From assembly GCA_023213395.1 (NCBI GenBank), contig CM041465.1, positions 33,921,741 through 33,985,740 of the forward strand: DNA of 64,000 bases, read 5' to 3'. The position numbers were made by a program, and so were the translations under genes. The notes under the pieces were generated by a model. The model made no database searches and had not been told where the DNA came from. It was given only the letters and a program-made list of their open reading frames with translations. This DNA is from Cycas panzhihuaensis (taxonomy: Eukaryota > Plantae > Cycadophyta). Shown in pieces: positions 54,101 through 64,000 of the stretch. The number at the start of each line of letters is the position of its first letter. Position 1 is the stretch's first letter.

Positions 54101-56000
54101 GAGGTGAATATTTGTCTCCTAGCTTCATTACTTTCTATAAGAACTATGACATCAGTTGATAATTAAAAACATATTATACACCATAGCATAATGGTATAAT
54201 CAAAAGGAAGAATTACACCTTTACTGAAATGGAAAGATATATATTTATGGCCAAAAATATACTTAATGGTTTATGGGTTGAGGTACTGAACACAATAGTA
54301 TATATCTTGAACAAAAGTCCTATTGTAGTTATTTGAAATATGAATCCTAAAGAGGCATAGATAGGAAGAAAACCCTCTATTTGTAATTTTTATGTCTTTG
54401 ATTATAATACTTATATATACATACTTGATAAAAATCAACAAATACTTGATGATAAAAGTCACAAGTGTATCCTTATAGGATATAGTGAGTCATCCAAAGC
54501 CTACAGACTTTAGAATTCCTTAAAGAAGAAGATTGTAATTAGTAGGTATGTTCTCTTTTATAAGCTTGATAAGGATATAATTCCTACTATAAATGTTGAT
54601 ACTAAAAGCATAAAGGTAAAGAGTGGTACTAGTATGAAGAAAGAAGAGAGCAAGAAAATACCTATAGATATTCTATCTTCTTCTTCTTGTTATTCTTCTA
54701 AGTTAACCAAATGGTATACTCAAACCATAAAAATTCCAAGATTAATAATATTGATACTAGTTAAGGTGTGCAGATACACAACAAGGTAAATTTTGTTTTA
54801 ATATCTAATATCTTAAACATAAATAAACCCAAATCTTTTATTAAAGCCAAGGATATATCTCATTAGTAATCAACTATGTAGGAGGAGTACAACTCCATAC
54901 TAAAGAATGATACTTAGAATCTTGTTGAGTTCCCACTTGGGAAGAAGGAAATTAGTTATAAATGGGTATACAAGGTGAAGTATTGATCAAATGGTGACAT
55001 AGAAAGATACAAGGCTCAACTTGTAGCTAAGAGTTATGCTCAGACTAAAGGTGTAAACTTTGAGGAGACCCTTGTTCTTATGGTCAAAATGACCACCATT
55101 TGAATGTTGACTACCTTTGAATCTCAATCTAATTGGAAACTACACCAAATAGATGTCAATACTGTATTTTTTCATGGCATTCTTGATGAAGAAGTTCATA
55201 TGTAGCAGCCTAAAGGCTTTGTATAGATTAGCTAGGAGTGACTTATATATAGGTTCAAGAAAGCCTTATATGGGCTTAAATAGACACCAAGGGCATGGTG
55301 GCATGAATTAGACCATAACTTATACATCAAATATGAGAATGATGAGATACTTATTATTATTCTCTATGTTGATAATCTTATTTTCAAATGTAGTAGTATT
55401 TCTTAGATAGAATTTCTTTAAGATGTATATCTTGGCATTCAATATTATTACCTTAGTTTGGAATTTTGGCTAAATAAGGACAATATATTTATTTCATAAT
55501 CTAAGCATGTATACAATTTATTAAAATATTTCTATATGGAGGAGTGTAAGCTAATGGATACACCCATAGAAATTGGCCTCAAGTTGTCTGAAGAGGTAGA
55601 TGACAAGACTATTGATGCTACATTCTATAGGAAAATAATAGGGAACCTCATTTAGCTCACTAATATTAAGCCTAAAATTAGTTATGTTGTTGGTATTATA
55701 GCTCATTTTATGAGTGCTTCGTTCATCTCTTATTGGAAGGCAACAAAGGACATACTAAGGTATGTTAAGGGCACTATTAGATTTGGATTTTTGTACTCAA
55801 GAGTTGATGAGTTCAAGGTATATGGCTCTACTAACTCAAATTGGATTATAGATATTAATGATCAGAGATCAACTACAAGATTTTTATTCATGTCTAGCTC
55901 TAGTTTAATTTCTTGGTACAGTAAGAAATAAGCCACCATCTCATTGTCTTCTACAAAAGTACAGAGTATAAAGTTGTAGTTATAGCTATTTGTAAGGCAA
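51170..56000 (+). mobile_element. C7: copia, 3'-truncated in RNase H (LTR start approximate)
   Basis: LTR end CA at 51543 with PBS TGATATTAGAGC; gag from ~52440; WYIDLGASNHI; LWHDHFGHL; RSDNRGEY; YKAQLVAKSYAQ; ORF 55710-55931 (ISWYSKK). Confidence 0.85.
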
Positions 56001-58010
56001 TAGTCGAGATGATCACCCTATAGTAGAATGCCCCACAACAAAATGATCACTGGTTAAACAAACTATATTGTTGAAGCCAACATATGTCGAGAAGTAGGAC
56101 TTTGCATCCAATGTGCAATGAAATGGACTTTTGAACATGGCAAGGTCAGTAAAGCCAAGCGTATGGTCTTTACCATTGATCCTACAACCTCAATTGATAA
56201 AGATCTAGATATAGATATTGACCCTAAGGAAGACCCTATTGTTGATTCTCCTATAGACCTTGAAATTGAACCTGAAATTTCTCTTTCTATTGTTTCCTTG
56301 ATTATCCAATGTCAACTTTCAACTTACCAAAAAGAAATGAAGGTTATCCTCCATGCAGTTGATAAGTGGCGTCAGTATTTAATAGGATCCAAATTCACTA
56401 TTGTAACTGACCACCATAGTCTTCGTCATCTCCTTGATTATCATGTCCTTTCTAAAGAGAAAACAAATTGGGTCAATCACCTCTAAGTGTTTGACTTCAC
56501 TATATCTTACAAAAAAGGCAAAACAAATGTTATAGTTGATGCCCTCTCTTGTCTCCCATTGGATCCGTCTGAGCCCATCTTACAATCCATATCTTCCCCT
56601 CAACCTACATGACTCCAAGAATTAGTTGATGATAACCAATCTCAACCTAATTTCAATAAGTGGTCCTCAAAAATCATCACTTAGAAGGATTGGACCTTAT
56701 ACAACATCCACCTTCTCTACAAAAATAGAATCTTTATCCATCCATCCTCCCCTTTCATTCCTCGTATCTTGATCGAGTACCACACCACCCCCTTAGGATG
56801 TCACTTAGGTTTTAATAAGACTTATCATCACATCTGCTCTGACTTTTGCCGAACTCAAATGAAATCCTCTATATTGACCTTCATAAAAGAATGTGACATA
56901 TGCCAATGCAACAAGGTAGATATGAAGGCTCAGCCTAGGCTCCTCCAACCCCTTCAAATCCCACAAGGCAAATGGTAAGATATTGCCATGAACTTTATTA
57001 CAAGCCTTCCACCCTCAACTAGAAATGACTCCATTTGGGTAATCACTGATCGACTAACAAAATATGCACACTTTCTATTAGTCCACATATCCTACCAAGC
57101 CCCCTGCCTGGCTGACCTCTACATTCAATTCATTTTTTACCTCCATGGTTTTCCATCCACCATAGTCTTTGATCAAGATCCCAAATTTACATCTTCCTTT
57201 TGGCAAGAACTCTTTTGTACAATTGGCACCTCCTTTAACATGAGTTCCTCATACCACCCCTAGATATATGGTAAATCAAAGGTCCTTAATCAAACTTTAG
57301 AGATATATCTCCATTGTTTTGCATCTAAACACCAAAAACAATGGACCTCTTGGCTAGCTTTAGCGAAATGTTAGTATAACTCTTCCCACCACTCTACAAT
57401 TGGCATGTCCCCATTCATGGACCTTTATGGGCATCCCCTATCGTCCCACCATATATTAGCCACTAACCTGCGTACATCCTTAGTGCAACAGAAATTACAA
57501 GACGTGGTCCAAGCAAAATATGGCCATGGCTCAGAATGATATGAGGCAACTTGTTAACCGCCACCACTCTAATCGAACCTTTTCCATTCGTGATATGGTC
57601 TTTGTTTGCCTCCAACCTTATAAGTAGCAGCTACTTCGTCATAGCACAAATCATAAACTCAATCCTTGATACTATGGTCCCTATAAGGTTAGCCAATGTA
57701 TTATAGAAGTTGTATATGCCCTTGAACTCCCTTCTGACACCAAGATCCATAATGTCTTCCATGTTTTATGTCTTAAAAAGCTCCTTGGCAAGTCCATTGT
57801 CCCACATACCACTCTCCCAATCCTTACTAAAGAACAACTCCTAATTGCTCCTCCAAACTATATCTTAGAAACTAGGCATCACCATCTCTAGAATAGAACC
57901 ATTTTTTAGCACTTGGTACAATGGACAGACATTGGACTAGAGGAAGCAACATGGGAACCAGATGAATTCATTAAGTAACATCCACATCTCTTACATTGTG
58001 GGGACTCAAC
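56000..58010 (+). pseudogene. G4 gag C-term fused to RNase H C-term, integrase and chromodomain (protease and RT absent)
   Basis: ORF 56118-56486 joins PEISL to LSTYQKEM...DKWRQYL; ORFs 56769-56978 and 56988-57263; HLVQW...EEATWE near 57910-57960. Confidence 0.85.
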
Positions 58011-58099
58011 GTCTCAGGGGAGGGGACCTATTATATAACCACTAGTGGCTGGCAGAACCCTAGTGAAATCCTAATGGTTGATAGAACCCTAATGATTGC

Positions 58100-59019
58100 C
58101 CCCCTTGGTTTTGAAACATCTAAAAGTTGGTCAACCTCCTTATGTAGTCAACAATAATATGCCCATTTTTTCCACAATACATACAGGTGACGTTCTGTTT
58201 ACGTTGTTGATTCTTTCACGATTGAGATTATGGTGTCTATTGGGGTTGTTGAGTTTGTTGAAGCTATTCTGAAATGTCTAAAGAGCCAACCCTTTGAGTA
58301 AGAGGTTATTAAGGTGATGATTATTGACGAGGCTAATTATGTGGTTGATTCTGATCTACATTCCTAGTTGCTAATGTAGAGGTAGAGTCAGAAGTTGATG
58401 TCACACCTTCATAATAGAGAATGCCTTCCTTCTTTAGTAAATGTCCCTCTAGATTGTTGAAATCCATCTTAGTAAAGGTATCATAGAGATGAGTGACAAA
58501 GCTATTAAACTTAATTGGAAGGATATTAATGATGGAGGAGATTAGATCATGGTCTAAAGGAGGTACACCAAGAGTAATGAGTTTATTTTGAATGGTTTTA
58601 ATTTCAGTTAAATGAGAGGTAATAGTACCAATAAAAGGGATGCGAAAGATGTGTGCTTTGAGAGTAATGGATCTTGAATTGTCTTTCCTCTTATAAAGGG
58701 AACATAAAGTGCTCCATGCTTCAGGAGAAGTTTGGGTAGTTTCAATATACTAATCAACTTGGTCATCAATGGCTACAGAGAGGAATGATAGAGTAACATT
58801 GTCCTTGGCTTTGAAAGTGGCTAAGACAATTGGATCAAGAGGTATTCCAATTATAAGTTTGTTCGAGTCCTTGGTAGGTATACGAAGAGGTAATTCCCTA
58901 TTAACATATGCCCAATAATCATTCATTATAAGTAAGTTCTTTACTTGTTTCTTCCAAGCTATAAAATTGGTTGTCCCACTAAGTTTTATGTTATTTAACA
59001 AAAGCATTTAGGCTGTCAT
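58100..59019 (-). pseudogene. C4 gag
   Basis: ORF 58750-59007 (KLSGTTNFIAWK); zinc knuckle CMYCGKNGHIIVD(Y) at ~58145-58186. Confidence 0.88.
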
Positions 59020-60988
59020 TTTTAAAATGTCTTTAGTGTCCTATCTACCTAGTTAGTCTACTAAACTAGAATGCTATGTTTAAGGGTCTCCAAGAAATCC
59101 TTGGTTGTTATTCTATCTAATAGAACCTGCCTACAAGTAGCAAAATTGTGACCCTATATACTGATACATAAGTGCTAGGCTCTATATACCTTAGTACGTA
59201 GGCTGCTAAGAAGGTCAAAGACCCTCCTGTTTTATTGGTCCATTATGCTAGACTTATACCTAGCGATAGATCTAGTGAAGGACTATAAACCAAGGCACTA
59301 AACCCCTCTGTGTTTAACCTGGTCTCCAAACTCTAATGTAAGGTTTTCACCCCTCAACCTGCTACTTAATACATCTTATAATCAATGGACTTTCCTAATA
59401 TTTGTAGAACTTGAGAAGCACCAATGATGTATGCAGAGTGGTAACTTCGTAGGTCCTAATTGTTCCTTTTCAAAGCTGGTAAATAGTTTTGTTTGTAAAT
59501 TAGGAGTTATCTTTTTTAATCTTCTAAGTTGAAATTTCTTTTAAAGTGTGATCTTATTTAAACAAGGAGGGTTCTTCTTATGAAATGAAAGAAAAAAAAG
59601 ACCCAAAGTAAATGCAATAAATAAAAGAAAGATAAAAGGTTTAGGATGCTCTAAAGGTGATTTTGCATCTCAGAGACAATCAACCTCCTTCGTCTAATAA
59701 TGACACCTACAACCATAATGCACATACAAAAGTCAACAAAGAACTAGATAGGGCACCAAATCAAGTGTAAATAATCAACATTCAGTTGTTAGAAGCCTTA
59801 GAAACTGAAAAATAAGCCTTCAATTAGTGAAAAAGGACTTATTATGGTTCAAATAAAAGGGTCTAATTTGGTAGCTTATAAACCCTTGAAGATTTGCTTG
59901 AAAGCAGTTGAAATTAGCTCTAAATTGTAGAGTTCTGAATCAAGATTCCAACGGTTTGAACTGTGCTCAAATCTAACTTTCCATTGAAAAGTTATACTTA
60001 AAATAATATAGTGACCTCTTTATGACAGAAAAATAGTAGGATTTAGCTTAAGCTCCCTTCTAAAGTAGCTCCTAGTCGTAAACTAAGCTCATGAGACCAT
60101 CGGCTATGTAGCTGAGGGGTTAACAGATTTTAAAAAGATTAGATTATGAAATGTCTTTTTTTATTTTATAAAAAGTATTAAAAAGAGCTTATAATATTTT
60201 AGGTTTGCCACTTTTTGACATAAAACCCCAGTTATGTAGGGCCCAATGTGACCTAAAAACTTAGCCCCCTTCATGGATATGAGTGCTAACTCAAATCTAA
60301 TTAAATTTATAAGAAACTTTATAAAAAAAAGATTAAAAATTAAATTAGAAATCCTCGGCTTACGTGCATGTTTAGGCATCCATGATGAAGTAAAATAGAG
60401 GAAAACTCAATCAAACTCAATGAAATTCAATGGGAGATCGATGGGAATGCCTCTAAAGTGATGCAGGGATAGAGCAGAGACAAATCTAAGCTTAAATGAG
60501 TGCCCTGTGACTTTAGAATCATATAACTCTCAAGATGAATGGTGAGCCAAAAAATGGAAAAAACTCCTTTCTGATGGATCAAAGATAACCCTCAGGCTCT
60601 TGTGTGATTATACAATCCTCTTACAGACAATCAAGAAGTAGATTTAAGCACTCACGAGTAGATTTATAACCACAACAAGTTGCTATGAAAGAAAACAGAG
60701 GCTGAACAGGCTGAAACGACAAAAATGACACATCGTTTTAATGGGTGTGGCTTCAAATAACAGCAAGGAGTCATTTGCAAATGGCCACACAACTATCGGA
60801 AGTAGTGCATGACATGAACATGGCTTGTATCATGATCAAATGGCCTAGTACCCACAATAATGGCATAAAAATGCAAAGACGATGGCAAATGAGGTGTCGT
60901 TTTTACCAAACAAGCTCTCGTTTTTATTGGACAAAGTGAAATAACATGCAGTAAACTTGATTTACACACATAAATGGATCTCATACCA

Positions 60989-61398
60989 TGTGAGATTCAT
61001 TAATGGGATCAAAATATTAATGTACATAATTTTATAAGCAATGCACGATAATAAAATATAAATATTAACACAAATAACTCATCAAATTAATTACAGGAAT
61101 GATATGGCAGGCAAATTGGTTACACTGTGCAACATTTAGATTATCAAAGATTTTGCATAAGCAATAAAATTACCATATATGTGAGTGATGAATGGGTCTA
61201 ATTTATAGACCAATATATGGTAGATTTTGCATTACATTAGCTGACATAACAATGTATTTTGATTGGCCTATTATGCAGCATACATGGACTCAACACTATC
61301 TAATAACATTAAATTACAATAAGGGATCCTCAAACTATACACATGAATACAATATACATTGATTTACAATCTAAGAGGCTATTATTAATGTTTTAATA
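60989..61398 (-). repeat. C4 5' LTR
   Basis: Direct repeat of 33304-33716, adjacent to a degenerate PBS. Confidence 0.92.
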
Positions 61399-61990
61399 TG
61401 TCCAGTAGTAAATTTTACTAAACATCTTTTGTCTACTGTCGTCTCACTCCCTTTCTTTACCTAAGAAATTTTGTAAGGGGTGGAATGCCTTTCACACTAT
61501 AATCCTAGTTTTTTTTCCCTTTTCAATGGATACCATATTTTTGTAGCTATCACCATTAATAACAATCTTACAAATATTACATTCCAAAGTGTATATTGAC
61601 TGAAAGATATTTTTATATAGCCATGATTTACCATTATCTTTTGTTTCTCTATTTTTCTATGCTTAACTTCGTTTTAAAAAAATCAAAGTCCTTCTTAGCA
61701 TCAGGTTCTTCCCAATGTCTATTACAACTTCTACAGGTTATTCCTATTCTTGAACTGAAACCAAGTTTACTTCTGGTTGTTCCCTTTAGTTTCTAGATTG
61801 GTCCTAATAATAAGGACATTCATAGGCCTTATGACCTTCTCTATTGCATCTATAGTAGACAATAGGCCTCTTAAGTATATTATCTGCTCATCAAAATTTC
61901 TTCCCCTCTAGGCTCCTTAAACCCCTTAACCTCTTAATTGGTTTTGAAAACCCTTTTATTGTTGTTGTTGACTTTAAGGTTCACTACACT
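61399..61990 (-). pseudogene. G3 continuation: protease N-term and gag C-term
   Basis: NIFQS.YTL..NICKIVINGDSYKNMVS (decayed IIDGGSC.NMVS), continuous with 33303 across the TSD. Confidence 0.8.
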
Positions 61991-62349
61991 TGTGAAAAAC
62001 CCCACACTTGTCAAGGAATCATTGGTAATCTAGCTTAGGATATAGTCGACATACTTCATACATCCAAGGTTATCACATATTCGACATAATATCATCATAG
62101 ATTACACACAACAGTACATTAATCAACAAATATCCATTATGCAATCATCATGGTACACATAAAACATAATATTTCATGTAACTTTTCACTTTATTAAGCA
62201 ATATGTCTTATACATTCAGTTCTGGAATGTATCCTATATACATTCTAGCCTCATATACAAGATTTTGTCATATATGTTCCAAAAGGGAATGTATCATGAA
62301 ATGCATCGACTACAACTCTAGTCTGTACCACTATCTGGTCTGAATTTTA

Positions 62350-63050
62350 GGACTTTTTTTATTTCTTTATGCACCTTTCATTTAATTTCCCTATCTTGAG
62401 TGTTTTCTGGAAATGCATTCATCCATTGCTTTATAAAGGGTTCATGTGGGCAAATGGTTGATTATGGAAGTTATAATCCCAGACATTGGTAGAATAAGAT
62501 GGCTAATAGCAAAGAAGGGTGCTTGAATGGATGTGTCATGATTTCCTCAATTTATTATATCATATTCACCACTAGAAATTCAGACCAATTGAGCTATTTC
62601 CCATCTCAAAGTTTTGGTAATATTGGCATCATCCCCCCTAGAATATATGTATACTTTTTTTTGGATAAAAACCTTGTATTTATGACTTTTTCTATCCATT
62701 GCAACCTAATGTATTTTATATCTACTACACGAATAGCTCATGATATTATCTAGGTATTCTCCTAGCAAAATTCCTTTAACTAGGTTTTTCAATCACCTTT
62801 GATCTTTTAGTGGCAATTGGGACTTCTCCCTCCTTCGGAAATCCTATAAGTGGATTATTTTTGTATTTAATTTAACTTTCTTCAAATCCTTTTTTAATTC
62901 TAATAGGATGTTCTCCATTAACTCTTGATCCCAATAAAGAGGATTAAGATATATGTATTCTCCCCATCCTGCTTGCTTGACCTTTGTTTTAAACTAGGTA
63001 GGTAATCCATTTAATTCCTTTTTTAGCTTTGGTAAGAATATTTCTTAGCA
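62350..63050 (-). pseudogene. Decayed accessory ORF of a further inserted element
   Basis: Manual translation KVKQAGWGEYIYLNPLYWDQELMENILLEL ... GK*LNWSEFLVVNMI ... HPFKHPSLLLAILFYQC. Protein-like, with no gag/pol motifs. Confidence 0.45.
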
Positions 63051-64000
63051 TCTTGCCATCTTCATTATGACACTGCTATGGGAATTTTAGAAGTAATTCT
63101 AATATTGACAAGATAAACCCTATGTACGTACCTTTTTGGAACGGCTAATTTTATGTGACTATTTGCTTTGAATTATGTGTTATTCTCTTGCTCCTTTCTT
63201 CCTTAGAATGTGGTATTTTCAACTAGCTCCTTGCTGTTGTTAATTATAGATCGATTCCCCCTATTTTTTATTTGAGTACTATGCAAGAATGGTTATAGGT
63301 ACACATTATATATTTTATCTTTTTCTTCCCGTTTGTTCTATGAATACTTGACAGCATACTTTTTTGGTACATATAGTATATTTTGGCCCAATTACTCGAT
63401 TTTCACTTTGCATACTTGGTAACATATCATTTTTGTACATATAGTATATTTCACTAGTATGTAGACAAGAATTCTAATTTTTCTTATACAATTTTTCTGA
63501 ATTTTGATTTTTCTTACAATGGTATATCTTTCTTCTTATGATTTGTCATATTGCTTATTTATATGATATGAGTTACAATGTTTTTTCTTTCTGTTTTTTT
63601 ATTTTTTAATTTTCTTGTATTTTTATTTCTATACCAAACTGAATTACATTCTGGTATCAAAGTAATATGATTTACCTCAACTTCATGCAACACGTTATGG
63701 TATAACCAGATGATCTAGCTCGTAGTTGCTTAATCCTAGTTAACATAAGGTTTCAATTGGCTACCATTCACTCGGGTTGGTAGCAATGGTCTATCAATTT
63801 TTCGAAGTTGTACTAAACAATTCTCAAAGATTCTCTCGATGATATAAAGTCCTAACCATCTCATTTTGAGTTTCTGGAGGGGTGTTTTAAATTTGTTATA
63901 ATAAAGAAGAACTTAGTTGCCTTCTTTGAATTGTGGCATGCGTAGGTGATGATTGTGCCACACCTTTTATAACCATTTCACCATATAGCATTTTTCCTCT

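Larger units (their letters stand above)
43891..58095 (+). mobile_element. G4: rearranged Ty3/gypsy chromovirus block inserted in C4 gag
   Basis: 5' LTR 43891-44232 (TGTTAC...ATATCA), PBS TGGTATTAGAACC at 44235, leader and putative gag start to ~45830. A gypsy 3' half at ~56000-58010 ends in PPT AGGGGAGGGGA and a short LTR stub at 58029 that matches 43891. Pairing of the two halves rests on that ~40-bp match. Confidence 0.65.
33304..61398 (-). mobile_element. C4: Ty1/copia inserted in the G3 protease, expanded to 28 kb by nested elements
   Basis: LTRs 33304-33716 and 60989-61398; TSD TGTCT/TGTCC (33299-33303, 61399-61403); PPT (reverse complement) at 33717-33726; degenerate PBS (reverse complement) at 60977-60988. 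Host reads RCLVKFTTG|QTYCDKV once C4 is removed. Confidence 0.92.

Noticed and set aside
58029-58400. Full-length 3' LTR of G4
   Set aside because: Similarity to 43891 stops after ~40-65 bp; the sequence beyond is C4 gag, with a zinc knuckle on the minus strand.
62340-64000. Endogenous caulimovirid (PBS-like motif at 63652 without an obvious LTR)
   Set aside because: No movement protein, coat protein or caulimoviral RT motifs were recognisable.

Overview
Plant nuclear heterochromatin, roughly 30% GC by eye. No intact host gene, rRNA, tRNA or CRISPR array was found. The window is a stack of nested, decayed LTR retrotransposons: at least 7 Ty1/copia (my labels C1-C7) and 5 Ty3/gypsy chromoviruses (G1-G5). 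Several can be delimited exactly by LTR pairs, tRNA-iMet PBS, PPT and 5-bp TSDs. Nest 1: copia C1 hosts gypsy G1 (..5439) and copia C2 (6635-27089); C2 hosts copia C3 (10289-17792) and gypsy G2 (19171-25266). Nest 2: CRM-type gypsy G3 hosts copia C4 (33304-61398); C4 hosts copia C5 (34469-40825) and a rearranged gypsy G4 block (43891-~58095) containing further remnants. The most notable observations are: (1) the leader of C3 carries captured host-gene pieces, namely a mitochondrial Rieske Fe-S segment whose two halves are in circularly permuted order and an antisense N-terminal piece of cytosolic leucyl-tRNA synthetase; (2) C5 is flanked by a 400-bp target duplication and has one LTR clipped at an internal CA; (3) a ~280-nt structured non-coding block is shared by the leaders of three gypsy elements; (4) C>T/G>A erosion is pervasive, including CpA sites. 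All protein identifications come from manual translation and motif recognition. No database search was run, and divergence values are approximate hand counts.
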